Below are positions 44,446 to 54,084 of a DNA stretch of 64,000 nucleotides, piece after piece. The stretch spans positions 10,629-74,628 of the forward strand of contig JANWJJ010000128.1 of assembly GCA_025451955.1 (NCBI GenBank), read 5' to 3'. This stretch comes from Rudaea sp. GTDB taxonomy: Bacteria > Pseudomonadota > Gammaproteobacteria > Xanthomonadales > Rhodanobacteraceae. Below the pieces are notes generated by a model that was not told the DNA's origin, did not search any database, and saw only the letters and a program-made list of their open reading frames with translations. Position numbers and translations under genes: made by a program. Every line of letters begins with the position of its first letter. Positions within the stretch are counted from its first letter, which is position 1.

Positions 44446-45939
44446 ATGAGCAAAGAATTACTACTGGTCGTCGATGCCGTCGCCAACGAAAAAGGCGTGG
44501 CTGAAAGTGTGATCTTCGACGCGATGGAAGCCGCGCTGGCCTCTGCGGCCAAGAAGCGCTATCCCACCGAGGATGTGGCTGCCCGCGTCAGCATCGACAC
44601 CGAAAGCGGCGATTACGAAACCTTCCGCCGTTGGGAAGTCGTGGCCGACGACGTGGTCATGGAATCGCCGGATCGCCAGATTCGCCTGATGGATGCGGTT
44701 GAAACGCATCCCGACATCCAGGTCGGCGAGTTCATCGAAGAGCAGATCGAGAATCCCGAGTTCGGCCGCATCGCGGCGCAGGCAGCCAAGCAGGTGATCG
44801 TGCAGCGCGTGCGCGAAGCCGAGCGCGCGCAGGTCGTCGAAGCCTACAAGGATCGCATCGGTGAGTTGATCACCGGCGTGGTCAAGCGGGTCGAACGCGG
44901 CAGCGTGTTCCTCGATCTCGGCGGCAATGCCGAAGCCTATATTCCGCGCGACCGCGCGATTCCGCGCGAGGCCGTGCGTGCCGGTGATCGCGTGCGTGGT
45001 TATTTGTACGAAGTCCGTCCGGAACCGCGTGGCCCGCAATTGTTCGTCTCGCGTACCGCACCGGAATTCATGATCGAATTGTTCAAGCTCGAAGTGCCCG
45101 AAGTCGGCCAGAATCTGGTCGAGATCAAGGGCGCCGCACGTGATGCCGGCGATCGCGCCAAGATCGCCGTGCTCGCGCACGATCATCGCACCGATCCGAT
45201 CGGCGCCTGCATCGGCATGCGTGGTTCGCGCGTCCAGGCAGTGTCGAACGAACTCAACGGCGAGCGCATCGACATCGTGCTGTGGAACGACAACGCCGCG
45301 CAGTTCGTGATCAATGCGATGGCGCCGGCCGAAGTGCAGTCCATCATCATGGACGAGGAAAAGCACTCGATGGATATCGCCGTGGCCGAAGACAAACTGT
45401 CGCAGGCGATCGGCCGCGGCGGCCAGAACGTGCGTCTAGCCAGCAAACTGACTGGCTGGCAGCTCAACGTGATGACCCAGGATCAGGTCGCGGCCAAGTC
45501 CGAAGGCGAACAGGAAACCGCACGCCTGCTGTTCCAGGAAAAACTCGAAGTCGACGCGGAAATCGCCGCGATCCTGGTGCAGGAAGGTTTCAGCACAGTT
45601 GAGGAAATTGCCTATGTGCCGACAGCTGAGTTGCTTGCGGTCGAAGGCTTCGACGAGGACATCGTCGAGGAACTGCGTGCACGCGCACGCGATTCGCTGC
45701 TGACCGAAGCGCTTGCCGTCGAAGAAGACATTGATGACAACAAGCCGGCCAAGGATCTGCTTGAACTGCCGGGCATGGATGGGACGGTTGCGTTCGCGCT
45801 GGCACAACACAAGATCGTCACGCGCCAGGATCTGGCCGATCTGGCCACGGATGAATTGGTGGAGTTTGCCATCGATGGCGTCGATGAAAAGCGTGCCGGC
45901 AGTCTGATCATGGCCGCGCGCGAAGACAAGGCGGCGTAA
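44446..45939 (+). CDS. nusA: Transcription factor NusA
   Basis: [28 protein letters not shown]1/KH domains, acidic C-terminal repeats. Confidence 0.97.
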   Translation: MSKELLLVVDAVANEKGVAESVIFDAMEAALASAAKKRYPTEDVAARVSIDTESGDYETFRRWEVVADDVVMESPDRQIRLMDAVETHPDIQVGEFIEEQIENPEFGRIAAQAAKQVIVQRVREAERAQVVEAYKDRIGELITGVVKRVERGSVFLDLGGNAEAYIPRDRAIPREAVRAGDRVRGYLYEVRPEPRGPQLFVSRTAPEFMIELFKLEVPEVGQNLVEIKGAARDAGDRAKIAVLAHDHRTDPIGACIGMRGSRVQAVSNELNGERIDIVLWNDNAAQFVINAMAPAEVQSIIMDEEKHSMDIAVAEDKLSQAIGRGGQNVRLASKLTGWQLNVMTQDQVAAKSEGEQETARLLFQEKLEVDAEIAAILVQEGFSTVEEIAYVPTAELLAVEGFDEDIVEELRARARDSLLTEALAVEEDIDDNKPAKDLLELPGMDGTVAFALAQHKIVTRQDLADLATDELVEFAIDGVDEKRAGSLIMAAREDKAA

Positions 45940-46033
45940 TGGGTTGTGCCTGAGAAGATTTGATTCGAAAAATCCGCGGCGGATTTTTCGAGAATTGTGG
46001 ATGTATTTATGTGCACTTGACCGAAAGCGTAGT

Positions 46034-46113
46034 CGTCATCCCGGCGCAAGCCGGGATCCAACTTGATTCTGCGTTAAAAATCAAAATGGATTCCAGCGTG
46101 CGCTGGAATGACG
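46034..46113. repeat. REP doublet (family A variant, short-loop arms), nusA-infB
   Basis: cgtcatcccggcgcaagccgggatcca ... tggattccagcgtgcgctggaatgacg; separate hairpin at about 45965-45992. Confidence 0.85.
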
Positions 46114-46173
46114 GCAAGAGAAGCAGGCGTTACGCGGTAATTTCACGCGGCGTCGAAAGGAGAAACGAAAACC

Positions 46174-48786
46174 ATGTCGGATGTAACCATCAAGCAACTC
46201 GCCGGTGTACTCGGCATGAGCGTGGACAAGCTGCTGACTCAACTTGAGGGCGCAGGCATGAAGTTTTCCGCTCCCGACCAGGTGGTTTCGAGCACGGAAA
46301 AGGTCAAGCTGCTCGGCTTCCTGCGCCGCACCCACGGCAAGGTCGAGAAAGAAGCCGAGGACAGCGCGCCGCGCCAGATCACCCTGAAGCGCAAAACCGT
46401 CAGCGAGCTGACCGTCAATCAGGGCGCTGCGCGCGGCAAGACCGTGAATGTCGAAGTGCGGCAGAAACGCACTTATGTAAAACGCAGCACGATGGCCGAT
46501 GGCCAGGAAGTCGATCCCGAACGCGAAGACGCGCTGAAGAAACTGCAGGAATCGCAGCTCAAGCGCGAGGCCGAAGATCTGGCATTGCAGGATCAGCAAC
46601 GCCGTCGGCTGGAAGAGGATGCGAAGTTGCGCGCCGCCGAGGAAACCCGGCGCAGCAGCGAAGAGGCGAAACGTACTGAGGCGGAAGCCAAGCCGGCTGC
46701 TGATAGCACCGAAAAACCGCAGAAGGAAGAACGCCCGGCGAGTCCGCGCAAACCGCACGAATCGCGTGCGGCAGACGATCGCCGTGGGCGTCCGGCACCG
46801 GCTTCAGAGGCACCGCACAAGCACGCCAAACCGAAACACGGGTCGCATCGCATGCGCGAGGACGGTGGCGAGGAAGGCGATGCCGGCGCGCGTTACGTTG
46901 GCGGCGAGCTGCATCTTTCCGATGCCGGCCACGCACGCCGTGGCGCGATCAAGCGCAAGCCGCGCAAACAGATCGAGCCGCAGCGCGCGCCCGCGACGGG
47001 TCCGCACGGATTCTCCAAGCCGGTCGCGCCGATGGTGCGCGAAGTGCCGGTGGGCGAGTCGATCCTGGTGTCGGATTTAGCGCAGAAGATGGCGGTCAAG
47101 GGCGCCGATGTGGTCAAGGTGCTGTTTAAGATGGGCGTGATGGTGACGATCAACCAGGTCATCGATCACGATACCGCGGTGCTGGTGATCGAGGAACTCG
47201 GCCACACGGCGGTGCAGGCCGAAGAAAAGAACGCGGAAACCACCTTGTCCAAGGTCGAGGTGCAGGGCGAGAAGGTATCGCGTCCACCGGTGGTCACGAT
47301 CATGGGCCACGTCGATCACGGCAAGACTTCGCTGCTCGATTACATTCGTCGCACCAAGGTTGCCGCGGGCGAGGCCGGTGGCATCACCCAGCATATCGGC
47401 GCGTATCACGTCAAAACCGACAAGGGTGTGATCTCGTTCCTCGATACTCCGGGCCACGCGGCATTCACTTCGATGCGCGCGCGCGGTGCGCGGCTTACCG
47501 ACATCGTCGTGTTGGTCGTGGCTGCTGATGACGGCGTGATGCCGCAGACCGTGGAAGCCGTGCAACACGCGCGTGCGGCCAAGGTGCCGCTGCTGATTGC
47601 GATGAACAAGATGGACAAGCCCGAGGCCAATCCCGATCACGTCAAGCAGGGGTTGGTGCAGCATGAAGTCGTGCCCGAGGAATGGGGCGGCGACGTGCCG
47701 TTCGTGCCGGTGTCGGCCAAGACCGGCGACGGCGTGGACGCCTTGCTCGATGCGATCCTGCTGCAAGCCGAAGTCATGGAACTCAGGGCGGTCAAGGACG
47801 GACTCGCCACCGGCGTGGTGATCGAATCGAGTCTCGACAAGGGCCGTGGCCCGGTCGCGACGATTCTGGTGCAGCAAGGCACCCTGAAGAAAGGCGATTT
47901 CATCGTTTGCGGTGTCGAATACGGGCGCGTGCGCGCGCTGTTCGACGAAAGCGGTCGCCAGGTCGATAGCGCCGGACCGTCGATTCCGGTGCAGGCACTT
48001 GGGCTTTCCGGCGTGCCGGATGCCGGCGACGATTTCGTCGTGGTCAAGGACGAGCGCCTGGCCAAGCAGGTGGCCTCGGAACGCCAGAGCAAGCGCCGCG
48101 AAACGCGCCTGACGAAAACTGCCATGCGCAGCATGGAAGATGTCATCTCGACAATGGGCCAGACCGATGGCCAGCGCGTACTCAACCTCGTGGTCAAGGC
48201 CGATGTGCAGGGTTCGGCTGAGGCACTGCGCGATTCGCTCACCGCCATCGGTACCGACCAGATCAAGGTCAACGTCATCGGCTCCGGCGTCGGCGGCATC
48301 ACCGAATCCGATGCCACGCTCGCTGCGGCATCGAAAGCCATCATGATCGGTTTCAACGTGCGCGCCGATGCTTCTGCGCGCAAGGTGATCGCCGACAACG
48401 GCATCGATCTGCGTTATTTTTCGATCATCTACGACGTGATTGATCAGGTGAAACAGGCGGCGACCGGTCTGCTCGGCATGGAAATCCGCGAGGAAATCAT
48501 CGGCACCGCCCAGGTGCGCGACGTATTCCGTTCGTCGAAGTTCGGCGCGATCGCCGGCAGCATGGTCATCGAAGGCGTGGTCAAGCGCCACAAACCGATC
48601 CGCGTACTGCGCGACAACACCGTGATCTTCCAGGGCGAACTCGAATCACTGCGCCGCTTCAAGGAAAACGTCGACGAAGTGCGCAACGGCATGGAGTGTG
48701 GCATCGGCGTCAAGCAGTACAACGACGTCAAGCCGGGCGACCAGATCGAATGCTACGAACGCATCGAGGTGCAGCGCACGCTGTGA
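46174..48786 (+). CDS. infB: Translation initiation factor IF-2
   Basis: [31 protein letters not shown]. Confidence 0.98.
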   Translation: MSDVTIKQLAGVLGMSVDKLLTQLEGAGMKFSAPDQVVSSTEKVKLLGFLRRTHGKVEKEAEDSAPRQITLKRKTVSELTVNQGAARGKTVNVEVRQKRTYVKRSTMADGQEVDPEREDALKKLQESQLKREAEDLALQDQQRRRLEEDAKLRAAEETRRSSEEAKRTEAEAKPAADSTEKPQKEERPASPRKPHESRAADDRRGRPAPASEAPHKHAKPKHGSHRMREDGGEEGDAGARYVGGELHLSDAGHARRGAIKRKPRKQIEPQRAPATGPHGFSKPVAPMVREVPVGESILVSDLAQKMAVKGADVVKVLFKMGVMVTINQVIDHDTAVLVIEELGHTAVQAEEKNAETTLSKVEVQGEKVSRPPVVTIMGHVDHGKTSLLDYIRRTKVAAGEAGGITQHIGAYHVKTDKGVISFLDTPGHAAFTSMRARGARLTDIVVLVVAADDGVMPQTVEAVQHARAAKVPLLIAMNKMDKPEANPDHVKQGLVQHEVVPEEWGGDVPFVPVSAKTGDGVDALLDAILLQAEVMELRAVKDGLATGVVIESSLDKGRGPVATILVQQGTLKKGDFIVCGVEYGRVRALFDESGRQVDSAGPSIPVQALGLSGVPDAGDDFVVVKDERLAKQVASERQSKRRETRLTKTAMRSMEDVISTMGQTDGQRVLNLVVKADVQGSAEALRDSLTAIGTDQIKVNVIGSGVGGITESDATLAAASKAIMIGFNVRADASARKVIADNGIDLRYFSIIYDVIDQVKQAATGLLGMEIREEIIGTAQVRDVFRSSKFGAIAGSMVIEGVVKRHKPIRVLRDNTVIFQGELESLRRFKENVDEVRNGMECGIGVKQYNDVKPGDQIECYERIEVQRTL

Positions 48787-48926
48787 TGCCGCCTTAAATC
48801 TGCTGCGCTCGATATTTCGTGCGCGTGCGGTACTCGGAATCCTCATGTACTTGCGTGTACACTCCGGTTCCTGCGTTCCGCCACGCGCGAACTATACTTC
48901 GCTCGCTACGATTTAAGGCAGGCATC
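48785..48926. mobile_element. ERIC-like MITE (repeat family C), copy 2
   Basis: TIRs gatgccgccttaaatc / gatttaaggcaggcatc; core shared with 20856-21014. Confidence 0.75.
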
Positions 48927-48933
48927 TTTATTT

Positions 48934-49278
48934 ATGCCATCCCGTTCCTTCACCCGTTCCGATCGCATTTCCGCCGAATTGCGCCGCTTGCTCGGCGGCA
49001 TGGTGCATGAGGCTGTGCGCGATCACGCCCTGCCGTCGGTCAGCGTGTCGGATGTCGAAGTCACCAAGGATTTCGACATGGCCACGGTGTTCGTCACCGT
49101 CTTGCTGCCAGAGTCAGCAAAAGAGGTGGTCAAGGCGCTCAATGAGCTGGCCAAGGAATTTCGCCGCGAGCTGTCGAAGACGATGCGCATGCGCCGCGTG
49201 CCGGAATTGCGTTTCCGTTACGACGATTCGGTCGATCGCGGCGAGCGTATCGATGCGCTGCTGCGCGGAAGTACTTAA
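48934..49278 (+). CDS. rbfA: Ribosome-binding factor A
   Basis: R.DRI, VSDVEVTKD, MRRVPELRF.YD.S. Confidence 0.95.
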   Translation: MPSRSFTRSDRISAELRRLLGGMVHEAVRDHALPSVSVSDVEVTKDFDMATVFVTVLLPESAKEVVKALNELAKEFRRELSKTMRMRRVPELRFRYDDSVDRGERIDALLRGST

Positions 49279-49283
49279 CACGT

Positions 49284-49389
49284 CGTCATTCCGGCAGGGA
49301 GTGCCGGAATCCAGAACACATGGATGTGGCTCTTCACGTAATACGCCGTCCATGGCAACTGGTTCCCGGCACTCCCTGCCGGGATGACA
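49284..49389. repeat. REP doublet (family A), rbfA-truB
   Basis: cgtcattccggcagggagtgccggaatccag ... ctggttcccggcactccctgccgggatgac. Confidence 0.9.
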
Positions 49390-49391
49390 GC

Positions 49392-50309
49392 ATGAAAACT
49401 TATCGCGATATCCACGGCATCCTGCTGCTCGACAAACCCCAGGGCCTGAGCTCGAACCAGGCCTTGCAGCAAGTCCGCCGCCTGTTCAACGCACGCAAAG
49501 CCGGGCACACCGGCAGTCTCGATCCGTTGGCGACCGGCCTGTTGCCGATCTGTTTTGGCGAAGCGACCAAGATCGCCGGTTACCTGCTTGGTTCGCGCAA
49601 GGCTTACGCCGCTGAATGCCGTCTCGGTGTGACCACGACAACTGACGATGCGGAAGGCGAAGTTGTCACGACTCGGTCCGTACCGGCGTTGACCGCTGCC
49701 ACCATCGATGCCGCATTGTGTACTTTGCGCGGACGCATCGTGCAGACGCCGCCGATTTACTCTGCACTCAAGCAGGGCGGCGTGCCGCTGTACAAGCGCG
49801 CGCGCCGTGGCGAAGATGTGCAGGCGCCGCCGCGCGAGGTCGAAATCCAGCAGCTCGAATTGATCGGGCAGCAGGATGATTCGTTGCGTCTGCACGTCGA
49901 ATGCGGTTCCGGCACCTATGTCCGCAGCCTGGTACGCGATCTCGGCGAACGCCTGGGCTGTGGTGCGCATCTGACCGCTCTGCGGAGGCTGTGGGTCGAG
50001 CCATTCGTGGTGCCGACGATGGCGACGTTCGAGACATTGCAGCAGCTCATGGCGGACGGAGGCATGGCTGCCATCGATGGCCTGCTGTCGCCGCTGGATA
50101 CGGGGCTCGCCGGGTTGCCGGCGGTGCCGTTGGATTCCGCGCAGGTCCTGCAATTGCGCCAAGGCAAGCGGGTGACGCAGTCTGCCCTGGCGGATCAGGT
50201 ATTGTGCCGGGCGCTGGATCCGGCCGGTCGCTTGGTGGCGCTGGTGGAAATCGATGGCCACGGCGAGATGCGGGTGCGGCGCGGATTCCACTGCGCGGTC
50301 GAATCCTGA
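49392..50309 (+). CDS. truB: tRNA pseudouridine(55) synthase
   Basis: GILLLDKPQG, KAGHTGSLDPLATG, PPIYSALK, GTYVRSL; in-frame upstream ATG at 49320 inside the REP. Confidence 0.96.
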   Translation: MKTYRDIHGILLLDKPQGLSSNQALQQVRRLFNARKAGHTGSLDPLATGLLPICFGEATKIAGYLLGSRKAYAAECRLGVTTTTDDAEGEVVTTRSVPALTAATIDAALCTLRGRIVQTPPIYSALKQGGVPLYKRARRGEDVQAPPREVEIQQLELIGQQDDSLRLHVECGSGTYVRSLVRDLGERLGCGAHLTALRRLWVEPFVVPTMATFETLQQLMADGGMAAIDGLLSPLDTGLAGLPAVPLDSAQVLQLRQGKRVTQSALADQVLCRALDPAGRLVALVEIDGHGEMRVRRGFHCAVES

Positions 50310-50333
50310 TCGCCTTTTCCCGTCGAAACCGGT

Positions 50334-50339
50334 TACAAT
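50334..50339 (+). promoter_or_regulatory. Probable -10 box of the rpsO promoter
   Basis: TACAAT plus GC-rich discriminator just after truB; -35 weak. Confidence 0.55.
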
Positions 50340-50350
50340 AAGCGGCTTTT

Positions 50351-51417
50351 GTGCGACACGTAGCTGTCGCGTTGTTCAGGACACTGGCCGCTAACCCAGT
50401 AGTCTGCCAAAGGATTGGCAGGCGCACTAATGATAGGCGTATCAAAGAGTTGTGAAGCCCGAGAGGGTGCTCTCGGACTTCACCGCAACGGTGGGGCTGG
50501 GAGCATTGTGTTTGTCTCCGCAGTCTTACTGCGAACCAACTTGTGCCTACCAAAGCCCGCAATGGGGTTGGTAAACAACGCATAGAGCATCGCTCTACTC
50601 ACTATTGTTCAGCCGCCGTCTATCTTGGCAGTAGTGAACCTATTGTGCGACCAATAAGTAGTCTATGGGGGCGTGCTTCACCAGTAACGGTGGGGTGCGA
50701 AGCCTCCCAGACAACGCTCCCCGTTATGGGCGCGCCTCACCGTGAGGTTAGGTGTGGAGACTCCCAGCAGCACTGGGGTTGAGGAGCTAGGCTGGCTGCT
50801 ATGGGTAATGCAAGTGAATCGTCGATAAACATCGTGAATATTGAGGAGCCAAAGCTGCTGAAAGGCTCTGACCAAAATGGTACTTGGCTAGTTGTTCCGC
50901 TGAAAGCTCGGAGCAAGTCGCTATTTTAGCCATCGGTGAAGAGACGAACCCTAACGCAGTCGTGTGGTGGGTAGGGAACGTGGTAAGCCCACATCGCCGC
51001 CCTTCCGGTCAGCTCGACCGCACGGGAGACTGTTGGCTTTGGGGGTATGAGATGCGGGAAAAAGCGAATGCCGTTCTGTAATCAAGAGCGCCTGTTGAAT
51101 GACAGGCGTCATCGGAAGCAGTGGACTGTCCTCTATAAGTCGCAGGCGGGCAAGTGCCAGGTTTGCAACTGCAAGATTACGAAGGAAACGGGATGGCACG
51201 ACCACCACATCCTCCATAGGGTGGCAGGCGGCTCTCATAACCTTTATAATTGCGTGTTGCTCCATCCCCTATGCCACACCAAGGTTCATAGCCTTGGTTT
51301 GACAGTGATCAAACCGGTCCTTTAAGGATTTTTGATAGACCCGAGCCGTGTGCGGGGAAACTCGCACGCACGGTTCTAAGGGGGGGATGGGCCAGTAATG
51401 GCCTGTCCCCACCCGAT
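50351..51417 (+). mobile_element. Group II intron (IIB-like, 5'-extended), internally deleted: no RT, HNH domain only
   Basis: 5' GTGCG; domain V gAGCcgtgtgcgggGAAActcgcACgcacggttc 51343-51376; domain VI with bulged A 51411 and ACCCGAT end; EBS1/EBS2 complementary to flank; visibly lower GC than flanks. Confidence 0.92.
51068..51325 (+). CDS. Stand-alone HNH endonuclease domain (C-terminal remnant of intron-encoded protein)
   Basis: LYKSQAGKCQVC..KIT..TGWHDHHI...GGS....N.VLLHPLCH...H; alternative ATG 51047; expression unproven. Confidence 0.7.
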   Translation: MPFCNQERLLNDRRHRKQWTVLYKSQAGKCQVCNCKITKETGWHDHHILHRVAGGSHNLYNCVLLHPLCHTKVHSLGLTVIKPVL

Positions 51418-51506
51418 CTCAACCCCTGCAAGTATCGGGGTTTCCTAACGCGGATTGCGCTTGCGAGCCGAACCGCGCCGTACGTAACATCAAAAGGTAC
51501 AACATC
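51418..51506 (+). promoter_or_regulatory. Structured rpsO leader (candidate S15 autoregulatory RNA)
   Basis: Hairpins aacccc/ggggtt 51421-51442 and cgcgg/ccgcg 51449-51477 with complementary loops. Confidence 0.45.
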
Positions 51507-51776
51507 ATGTCTCTCTCAGTTGAACAAACCAGCAAGGTCATCGCGGATTACCGCCGCGCCGCCAACGATACCGGTTCGCCGGAAGTCCAGGTCGCACTGC
51601 TGTCCGCGCGCATCGAGCATTTATCCAAGCATTTCGCCGAACACGACAAGGATCATCATTCGCGCCGTGGTCTGCTCAAGATGGTCAACCAGCGCCGGCG
51701 CTTGTTGAACTATCTCAAGAACTCGGATGGCGACCGTTACAAAACCCTGATCGAACGCCTCGGCATTCGTCGCTAA
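51507..51776 (+). CDS. rpsO: 30S ribosomal protein S15
   Basis: [25 protein letters not shown]. Confidence 0.98.
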   Translation: MSLSVEQTSKVIADYRRAANDTGSPEVQVALLSARIEHLSKHFAEHDKDHHSRRGLLKMVNQRRRLLNYLKNSDGDRYKTLIERLGIRR

Positions 51777-51790
51777 TAGGAAGAATCATC

Positions 51791-53893
51791 GTGGCGAAAA
51801 TAACCAAGTCATTCCAGTACGGTAATCACCAGGTCACGCTGGAAACGGGCGAAGTCGCCCGCCAGGCCGGTGGCGCAGTGTTGGTGTCGGTAGGCGGAAC
51901 CGTGGTGCTGGTCACCGCCGTCGCCGCGACGAAGGCGAAAGAGGGTCAGGATTTCTTTCCCCTCACCGTCGACTACGTGGAAAAATTCTACTCCGCCGGA
52001 CGTATTCCCGGCGGCTTCTTCAAGCGCGAAGGCCGCCCGACCGAGAAGGAGACGCTGACCTCGCGTCTGATCGATCGTCCGGTGCGCCCGCTGTTCCCGG
52101 AAGAGTTCAAGAACGAAGTGCAGGTCATCGCTCAGGTGTTCTCCCTCAATCCCGAAATCGACGGCGATATTCCCGCGCTGCTTGGTGCTTCGGCGGCGCT
52201 GAGTTTGGCCGGCATCCCGTTCAAGGGCCCGATCGGGGCCGCGCGCGTCGGTTACGCCAACGGCAAATATCTGCTTAATCCGACCAAGACCGAACTGGCC
52301 ACATCCGATCTGGATCTGGTCGTCGCCGGCACCTCCAATGCGGTGTTGATGGTGGAATCCGAAGCCAAGTTGCTCAGCGAAGACGTGATGCTGGGTGCAG
52401 TCATGTTCGGTCATCAACAGATGCAGGTGGCGATCCGCGCCATCGCCGAGCTCGCCACCGAAGCGGCGAAACCGTCCTCGGGCTGGCAGCCGCCGGCACG
52501 TAACGAAGCGCTGGTCGCTGCCGTCAACGGTGCGGTTGGCAACAAGCTCGAAGAAGCGTTCAAGGTGCGCGACAAGCTGCAACGCCGCGACGCGATCTCT
52601 GCGATCAAGACCGACGTGCTGGCTTTGCTCAAGGCCGATGCCGAACAGAAAGGCTGGCAGACTGCGGACCTCGCAAAGGAATTCGCCGAGCTCGAATACC
52701 GCACATTGCGAGACAGCGTGCTGAAGACCAAGGTACGCATCGACGGTCGCAATCTTGACGATGTGCGCGCTATCAGCGCCCGCGTCGGCGTGTTGCCGCG
52801 TACGCATGGTTCGGCCTTGTTCACGCGTGGCGAAACCCAGGCACTGGTTACGGTCACGCTGGGTACCGCGCGCGATTCCCAGATCATCGACGCGCCGGAA
52901 GGCGAGTCGAAGGACCCGTTCCTGTTCCATTACAACTTTCCGCCATTTTCCGTTGGCGAGGCCGGCCGCTTCGGTGCGCCGAAGCGCCGCGAGATCGGCC
53001 ATGGTCGTCTTGCCAAACGTGGCGTGCAGGCGGTCAAGCCGTCGATGGAAGCATTCCCGTATGTGGTGCGCGTCGTGTCGGAAATCACCGAATCGAACGG
53101 TTCGTCCTCGATGGCCTCGGTTTGCGGTTCGTCGCTGGCGATGATGGATGCGGGCGTGCCGCTGAAGGCACCGGTTGCCGGTATCGCGATGGGTCTGGTC
53201 AAGGAAGGCGGCAACTTCGTCGTGCTGTCCGACATCCTCGGCGACGAAGATCATCTGGGCGACATGGATTTCAAGGTCGCCGGTTCCGCCGACGGCATCA
53301 GCGCGCTGCAGATGGATATCAAGATCGACGGCATCACCGAAGAGATCATGCGTACTGCCCTGGCCCAGGCCAAGAAAGGTCGTCTGCACATCCTCGGTGA
53401 AATGGCCAAGGTCATCACCGCTTCGCGCACCGAAATGAGCGAATTCGCGCCACGCCTGATGACCATGAAGATTCATCCGGACAAGATCCGCGAAGTGATC
53501 GGCAAGGGCGGCACCACGATCCGTGCGATTACCGAAGAAACCGGCGCGACGATCGACATCAGCGATGACGGCACCATCGTCATCGCCTCGGTCAACCGTG
53601 AAGCGGCGGAAGCGGCGAAAGCGCGCATCGAACAGATCGTCTCCGACGTCGAGCCGGGCCGCATCTACGAAGGCAAGGTCGCCAAGTTGATGGATTTCGG
53701 TGCCTTCGTCACCATTCTGCCGGGCAAGGACGGTCTCGTCCACGTTTCGCAGATTTCCAACGAGCGCGTCGAGAAGGTATCCGACAAGCTCAAGGAAGGC
53801 GACATCGTCAAGGTCAAGGTGCTCGAAGTCGACAAGCAGGGCCGCATCCGCCTGTCGATGAAGGCGGTGACTGAGGAAACCCCGGCCGCGTAA
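51791..53893 (+). CDS. pnp: Polynucleotide phosphorylase
   Basis: [37 protein letters not shown] and S1 domains. Confidence 0.98.
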   Translation: MAKITKSFQYGNHQVTLETGEVARQAGGAVLVSVGGTVVLVTAVAATKAKEGQDFFPLTVDYVEKFYSAGRIPGGFFKREGRPTEKETLTSRLIDRPVRPLFPEEFKNEVQVIAQVFSLNPEIDGDIPALLGASAALSLAGIPFKGPIGAARVGYANGKYLLNPTKTELATSDLDLVVAGTSNAVLMVESEAKLLSEDVMLGAVMFGHQQMQVAIRAIAELATEAAKPSSGWQPPARNEALVAAVNGAVGNKLEEAFKVRDKLQRRDAISAIKTDVLALLKADAEQKGWQTADLAKEFAELEYRTLRDSVLKTKVRIDGRNLDDVRAISARVGVLPRTHGSALFTRGETQALVTVTLGTARDSQIIDAPEGESKDPFLFHYNFPPFSVGEAGRFGAPKRREIGHGRLAKRGVQAVKPSMEAFPYVVRVVSEITESNGSSSMASVCGSSLAMMDAGVPLKAPVAGIAMGLVKEGGNFVVLSDILGDEDHLGDMDFKVAGSADGISALQMDIKIDGITEEIMRTALAQAKKGRLHILGEMAKVITASRTEMSEFAPRLMTMKIHPDKIREVIGKGGTTIRAITEETGATIDISDDGTIVIASVNREAAEAAKARIEQIVSDVEPGRIYEGKVAKLMDFGAFVTILPGKDGLVHVSQISNERVEKVSDKLKEGDIVKVKVLEVDKQGRIRLSMKAVTEETPAA

Positions 53894-53917
53894 TTTTGCG
53901 ACAAAGTATAGGAATAC

Positions 53918-53979
53918 AAAAGCGCGCCTCGGCGCGCTTTTTAGTCAAGAATCTCAGCGCGCCTCGGCGCGCTTTTTTT
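53918..53979 (+). terminator. Duplicated intrinsic terminator after pnp
   Basis: agcgcgcctcggcgcgcttttt at 53921-53942 and 53956-53977. Confidence 0.88.
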
Positions 53980-54084
53980 ATTGAGTATTCCTGCGCACCC
54001 ATGTGCATTCTTGTTATCGCCACCACGCTTTTTTGCGGTGCAGCATTGCGCGTGTTAGCATTTGCATAATCCCGGAGGCAGCCG

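Noticed and set aside
48786-48797. TGATG-coupled ORF at the infB stop as another bridge
   Set aside because: Ends after three codons (MPP) and does not cross the MITE; the ATG at the nusA stop (45939) likewise ends after four codons.
50543-51081. Small ORFs 50543-50782, 50678-50875 and 50884-51081
   Set aside because: They lie over ribozyme structure and have no recognisable motifs.
50351-51417. HEARO/IscB (OMEGA) element
   Set aside because: The RNA has clear group II domains V/VI and splice boundaries; the ORF lacks RuvC and PLMP motifs and resembles an intron-protein En domain.
47077-53743. Long antisense ORFs opposite infB and pnp (also opposite nuoD and fabH)
   Set aside because: Shadow frames expected from GC-rich codon bias; no motifs.
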